DNA from: Candidatus Bipolaricaulia bacterium
GTDB taxonomy: Bacteria > Bipolaricaulota > Bipolaricaulia > JBHIAT01
Direction: 5' to 3'
DNA length: 32,000 bases
NCBI GenBank assembly: GCA_046758705.1
Contig: JBHIAT010000005.1
Span: 18,009-50,008, forward strand
Both the position numbers and the translations under genes were made by a program. This document shows positions 24,962 through 32,000 of this stretch, piece after piece. Numbering within the stretch: position 1 is the stretch's first letter; each line of letters opens with the position of its first letter. The notes under the pieces were generated by a model. The model had not been told where the DNA came from. It was given only the letters and a program-made list of their open reading frames with translations, and made no database searches.

Positions 24962-27900
24962 GGTATTCCTCCTTCCTCTGGCTCTGGCAGATTCGGGCAG
25001 GTCTTGCGATACGGCTCATCGCCCAGATACTGCTGCCACTCGTCCAGTGTGAGATTGTGTGTCAGGCGGGAGCAGGCTTCGGCAATCAGGTCTTCCGGCT
25101 GCCACAGCCACACGCGGGCGGTGCCGTCCCAACTTGCTGAGGCCAGCCGGCGTCCGTCGGGGCTGAAGGCTACGGCGCTCACCGGGCCATCGTGGAACAT
25201 GCGGGCGACCTCGCGCCCAGTTTCTGCCTCCCACACGCGGGCGGTGCCGTCCACACTCCCTGTGGCTAGCTGGCGTCCGTCGGGGCTGAAGGTTACGGCA
25301 GACACCCTGCCATCGTGCATCATGCGGGCGAGCTCGCGGCCAGTCGTTGCCTCCCACACGCGGGCAGTGCCGTCCCAACTTGCTGAGGCCAGCCGGCGTC
25401 CGTCGGGGCTGAAGGCTACGGCAGACACCAGGTCATCGTGCATCATACGGGCGATCTGGCGGCCGGACTCCGCCTCCCACACGCGGGCGGTGCCGTCCCA
25501 GCTCGCCGAGGCTAGCCAGCGTCCGTCGGGGCTGAAGGTCACAGCCACCACCTGGCGTTCGCTTTCATGCATCATCTGGGCGACTTGGCGACCGGACTCC
25601 GCCTCCCACACGTGGGCGGTGCCGTCTCTGCTCGCTGAGGCGATCCACTGCCCGTCGGGGCTAAAGACCACGGCATTTACCCGGTCTTTGTGGGTCATGC
25701 GAGCGATCTCGCGGCTGGATTCTGTCTCCCACACACGGGCAGTGCCGTCATCGCTCGCCGAGGCCAACCAGCGTCCGTCGGGACTGAAGGCCACAGCATT
25801 CACCGGGTCTTCGTGGGGCATGCGGGCGATCTGGCGGCCGACCGTTGCCTCCCACACGTGGGCAGTATTATCATCGCCTCCCGAGGCCAGCCAGCGTCCG
25901 TCGGGGCTGAAGGCCACGGCATTCACCGGGTCTTCGTGGGGCATGCGGGCGATCTGGCGGCCGGCCGTTGCCTCCCACACACGGGCAGTGTTGTCATCGC
26001 CTCCCGAGGCCAGCCAGCGTCCGTCGGGGCTGAAGGCTATGACAGACACCCTACCTTCATGCATCGTGCGGACGACGTGGCGGCCGGCCGTTGCCTCCCA
26101 CACGCGGGCGGTGCGATCCTCGCTGGCTGAGGCGATCCACTGCCCGTCGGGGCTGAAGGTCACGGCGCTCACCAAGCCTTCATGCGTCATGCGGGCGATC
26201 TGGCGGCCGGTTTCCGTCTCCCACACACGGGCAGTACGATCCCCGCTGGCCGAGGCGATCCACTGCCCGTCGGGGCTGAAGGCTACGGCACTCACCGGGC
26301 CTTCGTGGGTCATGCGGGCGACCTGGCGGCCGGTTTCCGTCTCCCACACGCGGGTGGTGCCATCCTCGCTGGCCGAGGCGATCCACTGCCCGCCGGGGCT
26401 GAAGGCTACCTCCAACACTGGGCCATCGTGGGGCATGCGGGCGATCTGGCGGCCGGTTTCCGCCTCCCACACGCGGGCGGTGCCATCCTCGCTGGCCGAG
26501 GCGATCCACTGCCCGCTGGGGCTGAAGGTCACGGCATTGACATCACCATTGTGGGTCATGCGGGCAAGTTCACGCCCAGTTTCCGCCTCCCACACGCGGG
26601 CAGTGCCGTCCCTGCTTCCCGAGGCTAGCCAGCGTCCGTCGGGGCTGAAGACCACAGTCCTCACCGGGCCATCGTGGGGCATGCGGGCGATCTGGCGGCC
26701 GGTTTCCGCCTCCCACACCTGGGCAGTGTTGTCGTTGCTTCCCGAGGCCAGCCAGCGTCCGTCGGGGCTGAAGGTGACAGTTACCACCGGGCCATCGTGA
26801 GTCATGCGGGCGATCTCGTGGCCGGACTCCGCCTCCCACACGCGGACGGTGCCATCCCAGCTGGCTGAGGTTACCCAGTGACTGTCAGAGTTGAAGGCCA
26901 CGGCAGACACCCCGCCTTGGTGAGTCATGCGGGCGATCTGGCGGCCGGACTCCGCCTCCCACACGCGGGCGGTGCCGTCCACACTCCCTGTGGCTAGCTG
27001 GCTTCCGTCGGGGCTGAAGGCTACGGCAAACACCCAGCTTTCGTGCGCCATCTGGGCCACGGGACGCGAGAGCAGCGCTAGGCTGTGACGTAGGGCTTGG
27101 TCACCCTCCAACGTGGGAACGCGTCGCAGGGACTCCACGACCAAGAGCACGCTGCGCGGCAGCAAATCTGCTTGCTGGACCCGCACAAACTCGGCCTGAG
27201 CCGCCAACTGGCGTGCCAACTGTTCCTCGGCCACCTGACGCTGCTCTTCAGCGATCCGGCGCTGTTCTTCGGCGCGTCGCCATTGCAGGCCAGCTACCCC
27301 GCCCAAAATCAGAGCTGCCAGCAGACCTAGGGTAAGCCCTAAGATCACGCGCCGCCGTAGGCGTTCTCGCGCTGCCCGCTCCTGCTTCCGCAGGGCAAGG
27401 CTCTCCTGGGTATATCCTTGCTCATCCGGGTTTAGGTCGTCGGGCCGCTCGGTCAGCCAACGCTCAGCTTCGGCCAGCGAGGCACCGCGTAACAGGGCGC
27501 CCTCGTCGCGCTCAGTGCGCTCCCACTCGGTCAGGGCTGCTCGCAGCCGTTGCCTCCAGAGAAGAAACTCCCGGTCTTCGTCTAGCCAACTCTGCAACTG
27601 CTTCCATCCTCGGACGAGGGCTTCATGAACCACCTCGACCGTTTCCTTGCCAAAGACCTCGCGAGCGACCCCGACTTTCTCCTCCTCTGTGACACCATCC
27701 CGCCCTGTCACTAGCAGCCGGGCGTCAGCCAGGGTCTTGATCACCGACCGGGCCTCTTCGCCGAGCTCGACCAACGTGGCCCGCCTGCGGGTGTCTTCAC
27801 TCCCTTCTTCAGGCTGTGCTACACGGACCAGCCGGGTAAAGACGCGGCGAGTAGCCTTCCGCTGCTCTGGCGTGAATTTCGCAAATTCCGCCTCTGCCCG

Positions 27901-29193
27901 CTGGGCGATGGCCCCTGCTACCTCCCCGATGTCCTCGTAAGCAGCGTGGGTCAACATCCCGCCCTGTCGCTGCGCCCACAGTTCCGTCAGCGCAAACTCC
28001 AACAGAGGCAGGTTGCCTGGGTTATCTCCTACATCGTCAAGGATGCGGTCCACTAGCCCGGGCTCGAAGGTCAGCCCTACCTTTTGAGCAGGATCAACGA
28101 TGGCTCGTTCCAGTTCGTCTCGTTTCATAGAGCCCAGGTTGACCACGCCCCCCTCCAGGCGGTCGCTCAGATCTCGTGTTAAGGCGAGAGCGTTACCGTA
28201 GAAGTCAGCCCGCAGGGTGAGCAGAACGGACAGCGGTGCCCGCTCTAAAGCGTTCAGCAGAGCTGTCACAAAGGACTTGCGATCTGTTTTCGGCGTCAGG
28301 GTGAAGAGTTCCTCGAATTGATCCGCCACCAGCAACAGTCGGTCGGTGCCCTCGGATTTCTCCAGGAGGCGCTCGACGGCGTCCTCCAGGAGTGTCTCTC
28401 CGTTTGCTAGCCGCTTTCCCAACTTCCGAGCCTCTGTCAGGCGGTCCGTCTCGTTCAGGCTCGGCTCCAGGAGCGAGATGAGGGCCGCGGCCAGGCGGTG
28501 GAAGGGGCGATCTCCGGGAGTGAAGAGAACCGCATCCCAGGTCGCTGCTGGCGGGCGTTGACGACGCAGCAGAGGTAATAACCCCGCTTGCACGACGGAG
28601 GATTTGCCGCTGCCAGAGGGCCCGACGACCGCCACCAGATTTCGATTCAGCGTTGCCTTCAACAACCGTTTGGAAAATTCCTCCTGCCCGAAGAAGAAGG
28701 CAGCGTGCTCCTCACCAAAGGCCCGTAGACCCCGATAGGGACACAGGGCCACGCGCACTTCTTCCGGCCGGACTGCCTCCTTCCCCCGGACGGCTCGCAC
28801 CAGTGCATCCAACGCCTCGGAGTCGGTGAGGTCTTGGTGTAGATCCACCCAGGTGTTAAGGAACAGGAAACCGGAGGTGAGGTCGGCACCGGGGAGTAGG
28901 ACGGGGATGACAGGAAAAACGCGCCCGGCCTTCTCCTCCTGCACCTGGCGGTCTAGGGCGAACCCTATCTCCCGCTTTTGCCAGAGGCCTAGGTCATGGG
29001 GGCCGAGGAAGACAGCCACGGCGCGTGCGCTGCGCAGCGCTTCTTCCAGGGCCTGGGGCCAGGGCAGACCCGCCACCAGGTTCTCACGGTCCAAAAAGGT
29101 GGCAATCCCACGGGCTTCCAGAAGCTGCCGAACGGTCTGGATCGATTTGCGATCAGGACTGTGGTAACTCAGAAAGAGGTCATAAGTACTCAT
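24958..29193 (-). CDS. TIR / STAND P-loop NTPase (nSTAND-like) / single TM helix / 16x WD40 protein
   Basis: 1411-aa intact ORF. TIR pattern: YDLFLSYHSPD...AVAVFLGPHDLGLWQKREI. The linker CPYRGLRAFGEEHAAFFFGQE is followed by Walker A GPSGSGKSS (nt 28603-28623). Hydrophobic helix VILGLTLGLLAALILGGVAGL at nt 27286-27348. 16 WD40 units follow. Confidence 0.9.
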   Translation of the reverse strand: MSTYDLFLSYHSPDRKSIQTVRQLLEARGIATFLDRENLVAGLPWPQALEEALRSARAVAVFLGPHDLGLWQKREIGFALDRQVQEEKAGRVFPVIPVLLPGADLTSGFLFLNTWVDLHQDLTDSEALDALVRAVRGKEAVRPEEVRVALCPYRGLRAFGEEHAAFFFGQEEFSKRLLKATLNRNLVAVVGPSGSGKSSVVQAGLLPLLRRQRPPAATWDAVLFTPGDRPFHRLAAALISLLEPSLNETDRLTEARKLGKRLANGETLLEDAVERLLEKSEGTDRLLLVADQFEELFTLTPKTDRKSFVTALLNALERAPLSVLLTLRADFYGNALALTRDLSDRLEGGVVNLGSMKRDELERAIVDPAQKVGLTFEPGLVDRILDDVGDNPGNLPLLEFALTELWAQRQGGMLTHAAYEDIGEVAGAIAQRAEAEFAKFTPEQRKATRRVFTRLVRVAQPEEGSEDTRRRATLVELGEEARSVIKTLADARLLVTGRDGVTEEEKVGVAREVFGKETVEVVHEALVRGWKQLQSWLDEDREFLLWRQRLRAALTEWERTERDEGALLRGASLAEAERWLTERPDDLNPDEQGYTQESLALRKQERAARERLRRRVILGLTLGLLAALILGGVAGLQWRRAEEQRRIAEEQRQVAEEQLARQLAAQAEFVRVQQADLLPRSVLLVVESLRRVPTLEGDQALRHSLALLSRPVAQMAHESWVFAVAFSPDGSQLATGSVDGTARVWEAESGRQIARMTHQGGVSAVAFNSDSHWVTSASWDGTVRVWEAESGHEIARMTHDGPVVTVTFSPDGRWLASGSNDNTAQVWEAETGRQIARMPHDGPVRTVVFSPDGRWLASGSRDGTARVWEAETGRELARMTHNGDVNAVTFSPSGQWIASASEDGTARVWEAETGRQIARMPHDGPVLEVAFSPGGQWIASASEDGTTRVWETETGRQVARMTHEGPVSAVAFSPDGQWIASASGDRTARVWETETGRQIARMTHEGLVSAVTFSPDGQWIASASEDRTARVWEATAGRHVVRTMHEGRVSVIAFSPDGRWLASGGDDNTARVWEATAGRQIARMPHEDPVNAVAFSPDGRWLASGGDDNTAHVWEATVGRQIARMPHEDPVNAVAFSPDGRWLASASDDGTARVWETESSREIARMTHKDRVNAVVFSPDGQWIASASRDGTAHVWEAESGRQVAQMMHESERQVVAVTFSPDGRWLASASWDGTARVWEAESGRQIARMMHDDLVSAVAFSPDGRRLASASWDGTARVWEATTGRELARMMHDGRVSAVTFSPDGRQLATGSVDGTARVWEAETGREVARMFHDGPVSAVAFSPDGRRLASASWDGTARVWLWQPEDLIAEACSRLTHNLTLDEWQQYLGDEPYRKTCPNLPEPEEGGIP
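25102..27045 (-). repeat. in-frame tandem array of 16 WD40 units with a 123-bp (41-aa) period and high inter-unit nucleotide identity
   Basis: Unit consensus is HxxxVxAVAFSPDG(R/Q)W(L/I)ASxSxDGTARVWEAETGRQIARM. Unit 13 has a 2-aa insertion and unit 16 is 31 aa. The boundaries were verified (His codon at 27043-27045). Confidence 0.9.
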
Positions 29194-29260
29194 GACATTC
29201 CACTTTCGTCAAGGGCGGGAACTCTGACAGGTGGTTCTTTGGCATCACTAGGTTGAGATT

Positions 29261-29290
29261 ATAGTATCTCATAGGGTATCAGATCGTCAA
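29261..29290 (-). promoter_or_regulatory. possible operon promoter TTGACG-18 nt-TACTAT (minus strand)
   Basis: -35 is the reverse complement of 29285-29290 and -10 the reverse complement of 29261-29266, about 70 nt upstream of the ATG at 29193. Confidence 0.3.
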
Positions 29291-29392
29291 ACGGTATGTG
29301 GACGACGTAAGGCGTGATGCGTGTATTCATGTATGGTGGTTGCGGGTCATGGGAACTCCTTTACCCTTCGGGTGAAAAGCCGTCATTGTGGG

Positions 29393-29447
29393 GGGGAGAT
29401 CAACCCCTATCGAAGACCTCGGGATTCACCGGATAGCGGGGCCGCTC
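29393..29447. repeat. 55-bp direct repeat, right copy
   Basis: 53/55 identical to 16992-17046. It covers the last 15 codons + stop + 7 nt of the dehydrogenase remnant. Confidence 0.9.
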
Positions 29448-29547
29448 GCCGCGGAGCACCTCCACGATGCCCTCGGCGGCGTGGGTCGCCATCCGCATGA
29501 GCGCCTCGTGGGTATGGGAGGCCATGTGCGGGGTTATGCACAAGGGT
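29400..29547 (-). pseudogene. 3'-terminal remnant (~48 codons) of a D-isomer-specific 2-hydroxyacid dehydrogenase-like gene
   Basis: The minus-strand translation ..LCITPHMASHTHEALMRMATHAAEGIVEVLRGERPRYPVNPEVFDRG-stop matches the typical C-terminus of this family (TPH...T.ea...a..n....l.G.p..n.VN). Upstream of it the frame abuts the stop of the 29548 gene, and the rest of ORF 29400..29714 is antisense to that gene. Confidence 0.55.
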
Positions 29548-30585
29548 TTACCTCTGAAAATCTTTAAGCAAGGTGCTGTCAATGATACGCTCATTCGTTT
29601 GGAGGTTGAAAAGCTTGCCTTTAGTAGCGACAAGAAGCTTTTTGACATCCTCTCGCCGGATACCGAAGCCACGTCCATCCACACAAGCCACCACCTCAAA
29701 AGCCGAACCACCACTTCGCAGCCGCTGATCCCTGAGTTCTGCCAGATGCTGCACGCGAGTTACTTTATCTCGGGCCGTGCCGTCATCTTCAGCCAACTTA
29801 GCTTCAAGAACCACAGTTGGTCGAAACTGGTTAGGTACCAGGAAGTCAGGAGCTTGGTCCATATCCTCAAATCGTTCGGCAACACCAGCTTTATGGTAGG
29901 GAATGTGTCTGGAATCCAACATCTCCTTTACAGCGTTTTCTATGATATCTCCTACTTTTTCAGATACAGCATCTCGGTGTGTAGCAAAGGGACGACCTAG
30001 AAAACGTTCGTAAAGCAGCATTGCATAAGGAATACCTGCTTCAGCCAATTGCTTGATACCCTCAAGTCCCTCTCTTGTATCTGCCTTGTCAAGACGGTGG
30101 ATCACCCCCTCGCTCACAGCAGGCGCTCCTTGCTTAATAAGTTCCACTGCTGTACGGACAAGGGCTGCCACCTGTTGTTGTGTTTTCGAAGTGGTTCGAT
30201 CAAGAAGAGGCTGTCCCTCTCTGGAACGCTTATCGAGCCTACGAGCAGTAGATTGACCAATTTCTACACCGGTCGTCACGCCGGTTATGTAGGCAAATTC
30301 CGGGGGAGAAAAACCGAGCATTGTTCGGAGCACTACCAAGACTAACGGATCCTGATGGAGCACAGCCAGTACTGACTCTGTTGAGAAATCCTCAAAGTTC
30401 GCTGTCCCATTCTTCAGGGCCTCATAAGCCTGCTGAAAGCGAGGGAATTCAACAAATCCCCTTCCCTTCGGCATGACCATAAAGAAGGATTGCAGGTCGT
30501 TGATAAAGCTATCCACGTAGTAGTCGATGTTGGCTGTTAGTTCTTCAGTCGTGACTTCAAAGGGGTAACGTGGGATGCCCATCAA
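29548..30585 (-). CDS. putative type II restriction endonuclease (PD-(D/E)xK)
   Basis: 345 aa. It carries the motif APDFLVPNQFRPTVVLEAKL (PD...ExK). It has a 4-nt overlap with the upstream methyltransferase gene. Confidence 0.5.
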   Translation of the reverse strand: MMGIPRYPFEVTTEELTANIDYYVDSFINDLQSFFMVMPKGRGFVEFPRFQQAYEALKNGTANFEDFSTESVLAVLHQDPLVLVVLRTMLGFSPPEFAYITGVTTGVEIGQSTARRLDKRSREGQPLLDRTTSKTQQQVAALVRTAVELIKQGAPAVSEGVIHRLDKADTREGLEGIKQLAEAGIPYAMLLYERFLGRPFATHRDAVSEKVGDIIENAVKEMLDSRHIPYHKAGVAERFEDMDQAPDFLVPNQFRPTVVLEAKLAEDDGTARDKVTRVQHLAELRDQRLRSGGSAFEVVACVDGRGFGIRREDVKKLLVATKGKLFNLQTNERIIDSTLLKDFQR

Positions 30586-32000
30586 GCTCCCTCATCGCTC
30601 TCTACATTCGAGGTTTCTGGCTTCCGAAAGAAAAGCAGAAATTCATCGCGCATTGTATTTCGGATCCCCTCGATCTGTCGCATGATCTGAAACTCCAGTG
30701 GCATCCCAATCTTAGCTCCTATCTCGATGAGACCGTCCTCCAGTGAGATACCGCCCGTCTGGCCAGTGTTCGAGCCAATAATAATGACACTATAACACCT
30801 AGGACGAAGGACGCGCTTGCACTGCCTCATAACGGCCTCCATGTCTGCAAAGTAATTGGTCACACGCGATTTGATAAGTTGCTGCTTAGTGCTGCCGCTC
30901 CCTCTGAGGCCGACCATACTTTGCTTTAGGTTCTCAATGTCCACTTCTAGAAACTGAAGCTGAGGTCGGTCGTTTTCTACATAGTCGATGGCAAAAGAGT
31001 AGGGTGGAGAAAAAAGCACTCCATCCACCGATTCATCGGAAAGTTGTAACTGGCGAGCATCTCCCTCGATGACCTGCGCTTGTCCCAGCCCCATTCTTAG
31101 TTCTTCACGAGTCTCATTGAAAGCGTGAACAGCTGCAAGATAGCGAGAAAGAAGATCCGGGAATAAGTCCTGGGGCTTCTTCCCCTTGCGACGAGCGGCA
31201 TAGCCCACAGCATCAAGGTAGCATAGGAGCAGCAACTCACGCATCGGAGGCGAAAGCTTGGGGAACGCTTTTGCCAAGTCAAGAGCATCCTCTACTTTTG
31301 TATCTGCAGATTGAAATAAAGTCCGATGCACTACCATCCGCTTTTCATGAGGGGTAAATCGCTGATAGATTTCATCGGCGTATTTGAGTAAGCGTGGAAA
31401 GTTGCTGCAATCCATTTCCAGCACGCCGACCTTAGCCCGCGTCATCAAGCAAGCAAAGGGACTTAGCTCATAGGCGATTGAGTTAATACCCATGATGCTT
31501 GCCTCGATGGATGTTGTTCCACAACCGGCCATCGGGTCTAATATGGTATCTCCCGGCTTGAGGCCCATGACATTCGTGATCGCTTTGATCATTTGCGGAT
31601 GGAATTTTCCACGATAGGGGAATAGGCCATGAGTGGCGTAGCCTACTGCAAAGACATTGGCCACAAAGAAGTTTTTACGTTCCTGTCGAGCGCTGGCATT
31701 CACTTGCTCCGGTGTGTTCATGCAGATACGGAAGTGATAAGTGGGGGTTCCATTGACATTCCTGAAGTATGCTCCTCTTTGAACCAATTCATCGTCGGAG
31801 AGGTGGTGGTACTCCCCGTAAGCCAAGTCTAGTTCGTATATTTGGTTAATCTGGGAGAGCAAGATGTGTGAAGTAGGAAAGAGTTCCTGGACGACACCTC
31901 GAAAGAACTTGCCAGAATGGCTTAGCTTTCCCCTAAGAGCACGTTCAGCAAACGTTTTCCTGATTTCAGTCTGTGCTGGATTCTTCTTCTTCTCAGCCAT
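30582..32000 (-). CDS. DNA methyltransferase (motif I before motif IV; SPPY type, N4-C or N6-A)
   Basis: 472-aa ORF. Motif I is ILDPMAGCGTTSIEA and motif IV is VLFSPPYSFAIDY. The ATG lies on the last 3 nt of the window, so the true start could be outside. Confidence 0.75.
   Translation of the reverse strand: MAEKKKNPAQTEIRKTFAERALRGKLSHSGKFFRGVVQELFPTSHILLSQINQIYELDLAYGEYHHLSDDELVQRGAYFRNVNGTPTYHFRICMNTPEQVNASARQERKNFFVANVFAVGYATHGLFPYRGKFHPQMIKAITNVMGLKPGDTILDPMAGCGTTSIEASIMGINSIAYELSPFACLMTRAKVGVLEMDCSNFPRLLKYADEIYQRFTPHEKRMVVHRTLFQSADTKVEDALDLAKAFPKLSPPMRELLLLCYLDAVGYAARRKGKKPQDLFPDLLSRYLAAVHAFNETREELRMGLGQAQVIEGDARQLQLSDESVDGVLFSPPYSFAIDYVENDRPQLQFLEVDIENLKQSMVGLRGSGSTKQQLIKSRVTNYFADMEAVMRQCKRVLRPRCYSVIIIGSNTGQTGGISLEDGLIEIGAKIGMPLEFQIMRQIEGIRNTMRDEFLLFFRKPETSNVESDEGA

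Noticed and set aside
24794-26800. 668-aa ORF on the plus strand, and similar ORFs at 25690-26130, 26182-26628, 17628-18407, 18690-19139 and 4011-4502
   Set aside because: These are antisense shadows of the GC-rich in-frame WD40 repeats. Their translations are low-complexity periodic strings (SHTRAVPS.LAEAS.RPSGLKAT..). They have no start context, and they overlap strongly supported genes.
25102-27045. Regular 123-bp tandem repeats as a possible CRISPR array or satellite
   Set aside because: There is no repeat-spacer alternation. The whole unit is conserved, is in frame, and encodes canonical WD40 blades inside a 1411-aa uninterrupted ORF.
29548-29714. N-terminal part of ORF 29400..29714 as a real protein
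   Set aside because: Only the last ~48 codons resemble a dehydrogenase C-terminus. The remainder is antisense to the endonuclease-like gene and has no start context.

Overview
The window has three parts. (1) Positions 1-3400 are a GC-rich housekeeping backbone: surE (cut by the window edge), an inositol-monophosphatase-family gene, a NUDIX hydrolase, a luciferase-like (LLM) oxidoreductase and a DUF1059 gene. (2) Two GC-rich conflict-system loci follow. The first is a two-gene pair at 3468-7134: a small trypco-like protein plus a trypsin-like protease / STAND NTPase / TM helix / 7-blade WD40 protein. The second is the main candidate for a new system: a tightly packed five-gene minus-strand operon at 17093-29193. 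It encodes TIR-STAND-TM-WD40(16 blades), then RyR/TPR-like/SLOG-like/class III nucleotide cyclase, then SLOG + tandem SLATT-like 2TM membrane protein, then unknown-domain + TIR, then TIR-TM-WD40(14 blades). This 12.4 kb module is bracketed by a 55-bp direct repeat (53/55 identical; 16992-17046 and 29393-29447) that corresponds to the 3' end of a 2-hydroxyacid-dehydrogenase-like gene. (3) AT-richer mosaic accessory DNA makes up the rest. At 7135-16991 it carries an EamA transporter flanked by TAGACATTA repeats, a DUF4145-like protein, a short FimB/E-sized tyrosine recombinase, a PD-(D/E)xK-like protein, a YgiT-type zinc-finger protein, a stand-alone trypsin-like protease, an HTH/coiled-coil/TM protein, a truncated IS5-like transposase, an MBL hydrolase and a 3'-truncated ORF. 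At 29548-32000 it carries a methyltransferase + PD-ExK endonuclease pair that truncated the dehydrogenase gene. I recognised no rRNA, tRNA or CRISPR array. All domain calls come from reading motifs in the translated ORFs by eye, with no searches run. The organism is unknown; a GC-rich, WD40/STAND-rich lineage such as Chloroflexota, Actinomycetota or cyanobacteria-like is only a guess.
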